From positions 2,666,001-2,730,000 of the forward strand of contig CP089279.1 of NCBI GenBank assembly GCA_023920165.1: a stretch of 64,000 nucleotides of DNA, in the 5' to 3' direction. The DNA is from Curvularia clavata. Lineage: Eukaryota. The position numbers were made by a program, and so were the translations under genes. The notes below the pieces were generated by a model that was not told the origin of the DNA, did no database searches, and saw only the letters and a list, made by a program, of their open reading frames with translations. Positions 34,443-46,458 of the stretch are shown here, piece after piece. The stretch's first letter is position 1. Each line of letters begins with the position of its first letter.

Positions 34443-35379
34443 CTACTCCTTGACAGCTTCGGCATAGCTCTTATCCAGGTCGCCGTGCTTTTTGATCAGC
34501 TCACCAACGACGAATGGAATGCAATCTTTAGGACCGTAGTATTGCAAGTCAAATTTGTCCCACTCGCCTGCATCTCTCAGGTACTCTAGTGTATGCCGCT
34601 GGAGTTCGCATCCGCCCATGAAGAAAGGCCAGCCCAAAATGGTGTACACAAGTTGCATGAACCGCGCTGGGACGCTGCCCTCGGTTCTCCACGGATTTGC
34701 TACGTGCTCGCACACGACCATTCGGCCACCAGGTTTCAGAAGGCTGTAGAGACTCTTGATGGTTTGCTCTGGATGTGGCACACCGCAAAGCACGCGAGTG
34801 CAGCAAATCTCGTCAAAGATCCCCTCGGAAGCCAAGCCACCCTTTCCACTAACGTTTAGAATCCCACTCTTGTGCAGTGCCGGAATTAGACTCTCAGGCT
34901 CAGCTCCACACACCATTGGATGAAACCTGCTCCCGAAACCTCTCTTCTCTGCATTCTTCATCAATCCGGGGTGCAGGTCTTCAGCAGGCTCAGCGGCGTA
35001 AAATGCGACAATCAGGTCTGGATCAAACCGAGACAGCAATTCTCCTGACCCGGGGCCAACATCGAGGATTACGCCCTTGCATTGGGCCAACATGTCAAAA
35101 GTAGGGCCCGGCATTTCGGTGGACATTGCCGCACCATTGTTTTTCCAGAGACGAGCAAAGGCTTTGAATCGCAGTTTGGTAATGTTGAAAAGGGTAAAGG
35201 GGCTCCACTCGTAGAAAACAACCTCAAACATTGTCATGACAAAATCTTTATCACTGTCAGTACAGGCCGTTTAAGGTCATAATGAGGTAGTATGCCTTAC
35301 GATATGCTGCTATACTGAGAAGTATCGTGGGACGAAGCAAGGTCGGGACCACGCCTGCCAGCCAGTCCGCAGACGTCAT
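34443..35379 (-). CDS. SAM-dependent methyltransferase, METTL7-like
   Basis: Exons 35379-35301 and 35245-34443. Hydrophobic N-terminus, GVILDVGPGSG, FDEICCTRVLCGV, LLKPGGRMVVCEHV, GGCEL. Confidence 0.88.
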
Positions 35380-35832
35380 GATGGCTTTTGATAGAACGAT
35401 GAGCCAGAGGCAAACGTAGAATAGAGAGTAGTACAGTAGACTGGGAAGCGTAGAGAGTTTGAACCCCTCAGAGCTAATAACGAGTATGGATGTATTGTTG
35501 GCCAAGGTTGTGTCAAGTATACGAAGTTGGTACGGAGTACAAGGAAGAGAATATAAGCTTCCACGAATTTTACGCGAAGATGGATAGTGACGATTAGTCA
35601 GGCATATCTATCAGAAGACGCCATGGCAGGGCCCCGAGGAGACGCTTCAGTCGAGGCTTGCCGGAAAGAGACCGCGCACGGATGTGCGGACTGTGACGTC
35701 GACGCGCTACTAGTACTACTGTATCGACTGGAAGTGGGACCCGCCCACAAGCTCTCCGCTCCAGCACGTGAAAATCATAGTAAAGCTGCCACGGCCCGAT
35801 CTCTCTACCAAACCAATCAACCTACACAAAAC

Positions 35833-36824
35833 ATGGCTCCACAAGCAAAGCCACAGTATGCGCTCATCACGGGGTCAGTAGTGCTGCAATATGCATTGCG
35901 GAGGCGATGTGGAGAATGGAGTAGTAAAGCTGACTGCAGTAGATGCACTCCCGGCGGCATTGGACACTTCCTCGCCCTAGAATTCGCGAAGAGGGGTAAG
36001 CCAGCCATGTTGAATATATCCATGGTCCAGACTCACCAAGAAAAGGCTTCCAGGTCCTGGGAACCGTTCGTAATCCTGCCAAATACCCCTCACCTGACCC
36101 CAGGATAACCTATCTTCCCCTGGAGCTCACTAGCAACGAGTCCATCAAGGAACTCCACCAACGCGTGACTGAAATTACCGGAGGAAAGCTCGATATCCTA
36201 TACAACAATGCAGGACGCAACTATGTTGTCCCCGCGCTCGACTATGACGAGAAGGAGTTGCACGAGCTTTTCCAGGCAGACCTTTTCTCCGTGATGAAGA
36301 TGTGCAGCACCTTTGCACCGCTCTTGATCGAGGCCAAGGGCACCATTGTGCAGACGGGTTCGCTGGCAGGTATCATGCCATATGTTTGGGGTGCACCCTA
36401 CAATGCAGTCAAAGCCGCCCTGCACGCCTATTCCGATACTCTTCGTGTGGAGCTTGCACCACTAGGCGTTCGCGTAATTACCGTTGTTACTGGCGGCGTC
36501 AAATCGAACATTGCGCGAGAGGAACGTCAGCTCCCACCTGGCTCATACATGCAACCGCTTGCAGCTGAATACCAGCGAAGACTCAAACACAGCCAGGAGT
36601 TGGGAATGGACACCCAGCAATATGCACGCAGCTGTGTGGACAAGGTGCTCGCTGGCGACGGCTTGATCCGCAAAACCAGATGGATTTGGGAAGGTAAAAT
36701 GAGCTGGATCGTATGGTTTGTCTGGACTTACATGCCGACTGCGGCTCTGGATTTCTATTTCACAACGACATTCAACCTGAACAAGCTCCGAGGGACTGCT
36801 GGGCCCGATAAAAAGACAAACTAA
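35833..36824 (+). CDS. Short-chain dehydrogenase/reductase, Ayr1 (1-acyl-DHAP reductase)-like
   Basis: Exons 35833-35873, 35943-35995 and 36046-36824. LITGCTPGGIG, LDILYNNAG, YNAVK (YxxxK), LRVELAPLGV, TGGVKS. Confidence 0.9.
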
Positions 36825-37677
36825 AGAAACAATCAGTTTTATACTCCATGCTCTCTGTCGAATCTTGCGCTACGAGTGAGCGATAGGCAGTTACTACACT
36901 GAACTCTAGTACAGGTACTCTTCAGCCCCATAATTTAGGTGGCAAATCTGGGAGGGATTTTGAACCTTTTGTATGTTTGTTAGTCGCGCAAAATAAGATG
37001 AGTGGTTTGAAGTAGTACCGCCGCGGTTACACAATCATACATTAATGAATGTGACTGAACGGGAACTAACAAAACTGCGTTTTGATAAAAGGACATGTGC
37101 CAGGAAAACTCAGAAAAAAAGGAGATGAAGTGGGACAAAGGAAGAACATCCATGGCGTAGATCGGATGAATTACCTAATCTGACAATGGCATATTAGGCC
37201 TCCATTAACCACGCAGTCATTTGTACCTGGCCGCCAAGTAAGAGGATTGGAAAGCAGACGATCCCAAAATCTTGGCGAGGTTCAACGTCGTCATACTCTC
37301 TGCTGTACGCGGTAAGTGGAAGTAGCATGTCTCGACAAATACATGCCACTGCTGCTGTGTCACCCTCTACTGTGAACAAGAGACTAAGTCATCATAGGAA
37401 TGGACAAATGATTGCCAGACAGAACTTCTAAAATAGGCATGCCTTTACCCGTACGCTTGGCTGAAGTAGGCTGTGCCGTAATGGTGCATACCCAGCAGCA
37501 GCGGGCCTAATGGAGCAGGCCGGCTGTAGACATCCCTAAGGCAGACAGTTACGTCGCTACCAAAGGCTCCAATGGTCTTGTCTATATTCGTTTCGATAAA
37601 TCCCTCTGGGTCTCATCGGTTTCTCTCTTTGGCCCTCTGTCAAACGACACAATGTGTCACTTTTTCTCGTTACCGCC

Positions 37678-38978
37678 ATGTCTAAACTCATTATTTTTCG
37701 GCCGTCAAGACATCCGCTCCGTACATTATTTCGTGCACTGTCTTCCCACTGGAAGTTGATCCTCGTAGTCGCCATCTTAATGATCATCGAAGTTATCGTC
37801 CACGTCCTCAGTTTTACCATCACGCCTCCTACTACTCCCCTCGACGCGCCCTTCCACACCGGTTGCCAGGACCCTATCCTTAACACCACTGCGCGCGAAA
37901 ATGCTGTAATCCTCATGCTCGCTCGCAACTCAGAAGCTAAGGGCGCAGCAGCCAGCATACGCAGTGTCCAGGAGAAATTTAACGACAACTTCGGATACCC
38001 ATGGGTATTTCTGAACGACGAGGCTTGGGACAAAGAGTTCATAGAACAAGTAACTACCGCTGTCCAGCGAACATCCGCCACTGGCAACATCAGCGTTACA
38101 TTCGACGTGATACCCAAAACAATGTGGGGCTTTCCATCCTGGATCGATCAAAACCGCGCAAGACAAAGCATGCGCGCCATGGAAGAAAACAAGATCCAAT
38201 ACGCCGGACAAGAAAGCTATCACCACATGTGCCGATTTCAATCTGGGTACGTCCTTTTTCCCACTCCCCCCCTCGCTTTCCTAACCCCTCTTCCAACACT
38301 TATAGTTTCTTCTACGACCACCCCTCCCTCCTCCCCTACAAATACTACTGGCGCGTCGAGCCCAGCATCTCCTTCACTTGCTCCATAACCTACGACCCCT
38401 TCGCCGCCATGTCGCGCACGTCCAAACGCTACGCCTACACCATCGCCCTCTGGGAACGCGGACAAACTGTGCCTTCGCTCTTCCGCAAACTCTCGGATTA
38501 CAAGGCCTCTCGCAACATCCACACGTCTCCCTTGTGGACTGCGATGCTGGATCCCAGCTACGTCCCCTGGCCCTTGCGTCGCGGTATGGCGTGGCTGCGG
38601 AACCGGGATGCGAATGGTGATCTGTGGAATATGTGTCATTTTTGGTCAAATTTTGAGATTGGGGATATGGAGTTTTTTAGAGGTGAGGACTATCGTGCAT
38701 TGTTTGAGTATTTGGATAAGGAGGGTGGGTTTTATTACGAGAGATGGGGGGATGCGGCAGTGCATTCGTTGGCGGTGGCGATGTTGCTGGAGCCGGGGGA
38801 GATACATCGTTTTAGTGATTGGGGGTATGTGCATGATGGGTTGCAGGTTTGTCCGGAGGCGAGGGGGGAGCTGGGGTGTAGGTGTGTATGTGATGGGAAG
38901 AGTAAGATTGTGGAGCCGGTGTGTATGGATAGAATAGGGTTGACAATGGGTGAGGATAAGTCATGGATTTTTTCCTAG
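37678..38978 (+). CDS. Alpha-1,2-mannosyltransferase, GT15 (Kre2/Ktr family)
   Basis: Exons 37678-38246 and 38306-38978. Type II anchor, RENAVILMLARN, YPWVFLND, SYHHMCRFQSG, YYWRVEP, CHFWSNFEI, GFYYERWGDA. Confidence 0.95.
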
Positions 38979-39024
38979 ACAACGACGCTTTGAGTGGTTT
39001 CTACAGATACAGGTCTATCTTAGT

Positions 39025-40684
39025 TCAGAATCTTGGTGCTCGTCCTTCTCTGAATGCGCCAGGGTCTCGCATGAACAAGTCTCGCACGTCGCCTGTAGTA
39101 AATCCGCGATTCTTCTCCACACAGGCTTCCATGCACCTTGCTATTTTCCTTGGCCATTCAATGTACTGCGCCCACTTCTTGCTCTCGTCGTTGTCGTCGA
39201 TAGTAGCAATGATGTTGGCTAGCCATTGCACCACCGCCTTTGTCGGAGTCTGGAGCGATTTTCTCGGTGCAGCTAGCGGCGAGAGAATGAAACGAATTGC
39301 GCTGAAGTGCGCCATGACGATATTACCGACGTGATTCTTTGGACCGAAAATGTGGAGAATCGCCTCATGAGGCCAGGTTGCGAATATACTTAGAATTGCC
39401 GTCATAGCTTGGAATGATGTGAAGGGTAAAGGGAAGCTGGCAGACGGGGTGATTATGTTCTCCCAATCAATGTTCTGGAGGTTATCTTCCAATTTTGCTG
39501 GGAGCAAAGGATTTTTTGGAAGAATGGAATCAGAAAATTCCGTCGATATCGAGGTTGTGTCTGTGAGATCTGGTACTGCTGATTCTCCGCTTTCCGACTG
39601 GGTATCAGAGTGAAGCAGACATCGAAGTGCTACTACGAGCTGTCCGACGACAGCCCTTTCAATAGCATGCGTATCTGGGCGAGACACCAAATGTGAAAAC
39701 CCTTTGAGAGCCAACAAAGCTTCGCGAATGAGACCTTGGTCTACTTTGATAAAGTTGTCGAAGGTCATGTTAATAGGTATCAAGTTCAAACCACTCTGCT
39801 CCACAAAAGGGCCTTTGAAGTTCTCAGTAAGGATGAGCTGAGACAATAAGGAGCATCCTCTCAGAGAAAGAAAATGCTCCAGGAAGCCGTCGCCTATGAA
39901 ACTACATTGGATAGATAGCAAAAAGGACGTTGCAAACATTACGTGGGATTCGTCAGCAGACGGAGGCCATCGAGCAAAAGCATCCTCTAATCCTACAATG
40001 GCTCTCTGGCGGTGACGAAGGGCTAGGCTATTATTGGGCCTTTCGACTTGAACAGCAAGATGGGAGCCTGCCAAAGCGAGCATAGCGTCCATGAGGTATG
40101 GGTACTGGGCCAGTCAGTTATAAATCTTGAGCAGCTGTGGCGTATCTAGGTATACTTGCTCGATGACTTTTGAGAGGAACGTCACGAACCCAAATTTCGT
40201 CGCGGTCGTGAGGAACAGAGGGATATGCTGCTGTGAGATAGTGATGGAATAGTTGCATGTCGTCCGGGCTATACACAATTGGTGTATCAGATAGCCGGAC
40301 AACCTGGCTCGGGCTTGGGACCTTGGGCTCGACAAAATCCTGCCGCGCATGCTTGAATACATCTGGGTATCTACAGAGCACTTTCTGGTCTTTAGCCACA
40401 GTAGCCTAGCATTGGACAGCTTACCTACACCGACGCCTGTCGCAATTTGCACATGACGGCCACGTTTCTTGACACTAATAGGCTTTAGCATGGGCAGGCA
40501 TTCAGGCAAAAACAAATACCTTGATCTTTCTTTTCTTACAACCAAGACAGCCCAGACGACTCTTGGTATGCACTCGTCGTTGTCGTGAGCCTGTCGAGGC
40601 CTCAGCATGGCTGTTGGGTACAAGAAAACTATTTGGATGAGAATCCAGCCACCAAAACCTATCGAGAGGCATACTCTTGGTCAT
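39025..40684 (-). CDS. Zn(II)2Cys6 transcription factor (Upc2-like HTKSRxGC subtype)
   Basis: Exons about 40684-40520, 40474-40429, 40380-40160 and 40104-39025. HTKSRLGCLGCKKRKIKCQETWPSCANCDRRRLLCRYP, DMQLFHHY, YLMDAMLALAGSHL. Start could be 40684 or 40672. Confidence 0.85.
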
Positions 40685-41884
40685 GTTGGCCTAGTTCAGA
40701 CTGAGGCGTGAGCGATACATGATTAAAATTTCGGGCATGCTGCTCCGGCCGTGGTGCCATTCTGGGTTGCTTGTTGTGGCTGATCAGAGCATCGTCCTCG
40801 AGAAAGTCACCTAATGCATCCAGCACTATGTAGCCCTGGAACAAGTCATCCATGGGGGCTCATTCGTCGAGTGCCAGAGAGCGCAAATGTGGCATTTCTT
40901 GTTTGTGAGTACTACCTCAACGTCGGGGATTTGAGCAATGCTCACACCACTTCGGTGGACCCCACATCCAATCAAGTTGTCCTGATGGGAGGCCTTGTCC
41001 AGCAATTCCAAGTCGGAAGGTCGGCGCTATTAATGGCACCCAGGTGAGAGGCACAGCACCAGCTAAGCAGAGCGGTCCGTGTGCTTTGCATGTCGGCGCT
41101 TCTTTCAGGAGTTTGTCTGATTCAACGCTATAGAGCGAGCGACATGTGTATACCCAATGGCAAAGAGAGAAGACCGGGACCGCTGGTTTGTTGGAATGTT
41201 CCCCGGCATCCCAGGGGGCTACGTCACTGGCTCGGAAGCGTGGATACCTCAACATTGCAACATGAGTTTGACTGCAGCGAGCTTTGTTTCAAAATACCGG
41301 GTCAAAATATGTGTGGCAAGGAGGCCGAGTAAAGTCTTGGGCTCAGTCTTGGTTGCTGCGTATAATGTCTGGTGATGTCGCGTGCGCAGACTGACGGAGG
41401 AAGGGGTGAGTGGGAATGGTAATAGGGAGACTGTATCTAGCCGGCCCGTCTATGGACGCGTCTGTCGTTCTTGAGCCGCAACAGATGCAACGGATCTTGG
41501 ATCCATGTGGTGGAATGCTTGACGGACAAGGCCATTCGATAGGTTTCTTGGTGGTTCGTTAGGCTCCCACGCGTTCGGGAGACTAGCTAGCCGCAGCAGC
41601 GCCCTCAGGTCTGACGTCTCCCATGAACAAGGCTCCACCGGTATTCCTTCCAACACCGTGGCAAACCTCACGCTGCCGAAAAGCTCTTCACTCAACGCCG
41701 TGCTGCATCTGCCGGGCATACTCTCACCGACACGGCGACTGCTTGTTGCTCATGTGCTGCCTAATCACTGCGCGAGGACCACGCCCCCACTGAAGTGAAC
41801 ACGCCAGCGCCCGACGGCTGCACTCGACCCTCGCCCGATTCACCACCACCACCCACCTAGGTCGAGTCCGCACCGCCCGCCACA

Positions 41885-43886
41885 ATGCCGTCCATTCTGT
41901 CCGACGAGGACAAGCAGATGGTCAAGCGCACCGTCCCCAAGTCTGGCAACAAGATCCATGCCGTCGCCGTCGCCAAGTTGTACATTGCCTATCCCGACAG
42001 GCACCGATGGACATACACCGGACTGCAGGGCGCCGTAGTGCTGGCCAACGACCTGGTCGGAAACACCTTCTGGCTCAAGATGGTCGACATATCGGTACGC
42101 TCCAGCAAATCCCTCCACGAGAAGCCGCATACTGACACAGGCAGCCGCAAACCCGAGGTGTAATATGGGACCAGGAGATCTACGACCCCTTCTCTTACAA
42201 TCAAGACCGTGTATTCTTCCATACCTTTGAACTCGAGGATTGTCTGGCTGGTTTGTCGTTTGCCGACGAGAAGGAAGCCCGAACGTTCAAGAAGAAGCTC
42301 GACGACCGTGAAAAGAATGCCCACAAGAACACAAAGAGCAAGCCTTTTAGCGCAACAATTGGCAGCAGTGTAGCTGCAACCAACGAAAAGAGCGGAGGCC
42401 ATGGCCATGGTCACGGCCTCTTGGGCGGAATTTTCGGACACCGTCATTCCTCGCACCCAGCTCCCCCAGCGCAATCTATTATTCCACCCGCCAGCGTTAC
42501 GTCACCCGTACAAAGCAGCCATTCCAACGCAACGAGCGCAAGAAGTTCCGCAATCGACACGACCGACCCCTCATGGCAACCGCTGCTCAAAGAACTGCTG
42601 GCTATGGGTATCACAGAAGACCAGATTGAAGAGAACGCCGACTTCATCAAGCTCTACATTGAACAGAGGAAATCCGAGGAAAAGCTCAAAGACGACCACC
42701 ACCGTCGATCACGAGCACCCCCGCCGCCTCCGCCCGGTGCGCCTCTCAGTCCCCAAAACACGGGTAGTACAAGCGCGTCAAAACGAGGTCCTCCGCCAGC
42801 ACCCCCGCCAGCGCGGCGCACGCGACACGATGCATCTGTCAACCGAAACTCGTCGCAAAGCCCAGCACCACATTCGCCGACTCGAGAAGCCACGCCTCCT
42901 CCAGGACCGCCCAAGCCCGTATTCCGAGCGCCTCCGCCGATTGCAGATGCAGGCAAGTTTGCGAATCAGCCTCCTGCACCACCAAACCGAGCGCGAGCCT
43001 CCTCAAACGCAGCGAACCCGGGCCCTCCTCCACCACCTCGACCGCCGAAGACGCCAGTGCCCGACGAGGAGAAACCAGTGGGAGGCAAATTTGGTGTACC
43101 TCCACCTTTTACGGGGAACCGTGTACCTTCAGGTCCACCGCCTCCTCCTCCCAGCCGGGGACCAGTACCACCGCCGCCCCCAGCGCGAGACACACCGTCA
43201 GCACCTCCTCCACCGCTTCCTCCAAAGACCTCAGCAGCACCAACGCCGCCCCCAATTCACAACATACCGCCTCCGCCGCCGCTACCGCCATCTGCATCCC
43301 GACCAGCACCTCCTCCACCGTCAGGAGCAGCGCCAGTTCCACCTCCTCTACCTCCCACATCGAGCGCAGCACTCCCAGCGCCGCCGCCACCACCTCCCCC
43401 TCCGATGCCAGGACGAGCAATTCCACCACCTCCACCAATGCCCAACAGTGGTGCGCCGCCGCCACCTCCGCCTATGCCCAACAGCGGCGCACCTCCCCCA
43501 CCACCGCCAATGCCTCCAAGTGGCGGACCCCCGGCACCACCACCTCCACCACCACCAGGCGGTGCCTCTCTACCCAAAGTTCCAGCTGGGCGGGATGGTT
43601 TGCTGGCAGATATTCGTGGAGGAGCAAGATTGAAGAAGGTTTCAGATTCAGAGAAGAGAGATCGAAGTGGGGCAGCAGTGCCTGGAAAGGAACCAGCAGG
43701 AGGTGCATCAGGAGGCAGCTCGACTCCTGGTGGTGGAGAGGCTGGACTGGCTGGAGCATTGGCTAGCGCTCTCGCAGCGCGGAAGTCCAAAGTTAGTCAT
43801 AGTGGTAAGTGGACATTCTCCAAGCGTGAAGTGATGTTATGCTAACAGCGTGCACAGACGACGAGTCAGACAAGGACGATTGGTAG
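41885..43886 (+). CDS. LAS17: WASP-family actin nucleation-promoting factor Las17/Wsp1
   Basis: Exons 41885-42094, 42145-43804 and 43858-43886. WH1 domain (AVAKLYIAYPD...WDQEIY), polyproline tracts, WH2 (GRDGLLADIRGGARLKKV), acidic DDESDKDDW end. Confidence 0.95.
43423..43528 (+). repeat. Coding tandem repeat PPPPPMPNSGA x2-3 within LAS17
   Basis: ccaatgcccaacagtggtgcg / cctatgcccaacagcggcgca / ccaatgcctccaagtggcgga. Confidence 0.8.
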
Positions 43887-44640
43887 ATGAAGGGAGTCAG
43901 CAGCTCAAGCTTGTTTCAAAGCAATGCCAAAGAAAAGTGCCGAGTCGACAGTGTGCTGTTGCGTGGCTGGCCTACTGGCTTTGTAGCGTTGTTCGGTGAG
44001 GAGAAGAGCAGAGAATGGAAGCAGAAGGCGAAATATAGCCGTATCTGGTCGGCGAGCATGATGCTGATGGTGGTACATGGCAGAGATAGTAGCAGTGACA
44101 GTTGATAGCAAGAATGTTCAATGTATATTCTTCCATGCTGGGCCGTGTATCGTTTGTCGGATGCTCAGTCACGTGCGTGGGGGCGGAATAGGGTTTCCGG
44201 CGCTAGGCCGCACGGGGTTGCGGGCTGAAGCAGCGGAGCGCAGCCGAGAGGAAGTTGCGGCGGGATGATGATGCGGGGTAGCGACTCTGTGTGCGCCGCG
44301 CGCGCAATTGCCTGTGTCTGCGGGCGGCTCGTGAATGAGCCTCTCTGTCGGTTCATTGTGAGCATGGCAAGGAAGAGGAGCCGATTGCGGTTTGGCTGTA
44401 AAGTCGATTGCCATGTCGACGTCGCGAAGCATTAGACGCGTGCGGCACATGGGTGTGTCCAGCCTCGGTTGACGACGGCGTATCCATCCTCCCGAATTCT
44501 GCAAGCCGAGCCATTGCCTTAAGGTTGTGCACTGAACCCGTTCAAAAGCCAGCCAGTTCCCTCACAAGTGCCTAGTACGACTGTCCCTCCTCTCCAGAGC
44601 TCGTATTGACGTCGTCCGGCACGACAGAAGCTAATCAGTC

Positions 44641-46458
44641 ATGTCGGCCTTCAGCCGCAACCTGTGCAGTACCGCTTCACGAACCATCCGATCGCGGGCC
44701 AGCGTCGTAACCAGAGCCACCAGGCCAATTGCTCTCCGTGCGTTTCCTACCATCTCAGCCACCTCGAGAGTACCATCTGCATCGCCCTTCTCCACAATGA
44801 CGCCTCTCAAGAGCGCCGTGACGCAGACGCTCACCAAGCGCGAGTATGATCCCGAGATCAAGGACATGGCCAGCTACATCCACAACACCCCGATCGACTC
44901 GGAGCTTGCGGTAAGACAAATATAGATCCCACCCCCCACTGGAACCGAAAATCTAACGTAAGTCGGACAACAGTACGACACGGCCCGCTGGGTGTTTGTC
45001 GACACGCTAGGATGCGGCCTCGAGGGTCTGCGTTTCGAGCAATGCAGGAAGATCCTGGGCCCTGTTGTTGAGGGAACAATCGTTCCCAACGGCACAAAGG
45101 TGCCCGGCACAAACTACCAGCTCGATCCCGTCAATGGTGCCTTCAATATTGGCGCCATGATCCGATGGCTCGACTTCAACGACTGCTGGCTGGCTGCTGA
45201 GTGGGGCCACCCTTCGGACAACTTGGGTGCCATTCTTGCAACTGCCGACTGGATTACTCGCACAAACAAGGCTGGAGGCAATCTCGGCAATGGCAAGATC
45301 TTCAAGGTTAGAGATGTCCTCGAGGCCATGATCAGGGCCCACGAGATCCAGGGCTGCATGGCCCTCGAGAACTCGTTCAACAAGGTCGGTCTGGACCACG
45401 TTATTCTCGTCAAGCTGGCCTCGACTGCCGTCGTGTCTAAGATGATGGGTCTCAGCGAGGCTCAGACGCGTGATACCATTTCTCAGGCCTTTGTCGATGG
45501 CCAGTCGATGCGTACCTACAGGCACTCGCCCAACACCATGTCGCGCAAGTCGTGGGCCGCCGGTGACGCGTGTCAGACAGCCGTCAACCTTGTACTCAAG
45601 GTCATGAAGGGTGAGCCGGGACTTCCCACTGTTCTCTCGGCTCCTACGTGGGGCTTCTACGACGTAAACTTTGGCGGAAAGCCATTTACCTTCCAGCGAG
45701 GATACGGAAGCTACGTCATGGAGAACGTCCTGTTCAAGGTCTCGTATCCTGGTAAGCCCTTACTTGGCCCTCTTTCCTTTTTCGTGCTCAAAAACTAATA
45801 TTGGCGGCAGCTGAGTTCCACTCTCAAACGGCCGTCGAGGCCGCCCAGCGCCTCAACAAGAAATTGAGGGCAATGGGCAAGACTGCAGAGGACATTGAGG
45901 GTGTGGTGAACCGAACACACGAAGCCTGCATCCGTATTATCGACAAGCAGTTTAAGCCAATGGAGAACTTCGCCGACCGTGATCACTGCGTCCAGGTAAG
46001 TCGTATATGTCGCTGACTCACAGCTGACGCTGACATTGAGGTAGTACATGGTCGCCACCATGTTTGTCTTTGATCGTCTCGAGGCCACCGACTATCCAGA
46101 TGACAGTGAAGCTGCTACTTCGGCGTTGGTGGAGTCGCTGCGCCAGCGTATCAGCTGCGTCGAGGACCCTCAGTTCACCAAGGACTACCACGACCCGGAG
46201 AAGCGAACCATCTCCAACGCCCTCACCGTCACGCTCAAGGACGGTACCGTGCTCGAGGAGGAAGTCGTCGAGGCTCCTCTTGGTCACCGACTGCGTCGTG
46301 AGGAAGCCAAGCCTGAGATTCTTGCCAAATACAAGAGGCACCTCGGCCCGCACTATCCGGCGGAACACGTCGATAAGCTCGTTGCCTTGGCTCAGGACAG
46401 CAAGACGCTCGACAACATGGACATCGACGAGTACGTCGACCTGTATGTGAAAAATTAG
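44641..46458 (+). CDS. prpD: Mitochondrial 2-methylcitrate dehydratase (MmgE/PrpD family)
   Basis: Exons 44641-44910, 44974-45751, 45811-45995 and 46045-46458. Presequence, [53 protein letters not shown]. Confidence 0.97.

Noticed and set aside
35587..35832. In-frame upstream ATG extension of the SDR gene (also near-cognate extensions of RFC5 and FRE)
   Set aside because: The SDR extension lies in a divergent promoter and lacks targeting-like features; the others need non-ATG starts.
33044..40684. Secondary-metabolite cluster (methyltransferase, SDR, glycosyltransferase, Zn2Cys6 TF adjacent)
   Set aside because: No PKS, NRPS or terpene backbone gene; the enzymes resemble housekeeping families (METTL7, Ayr1, Ktr).
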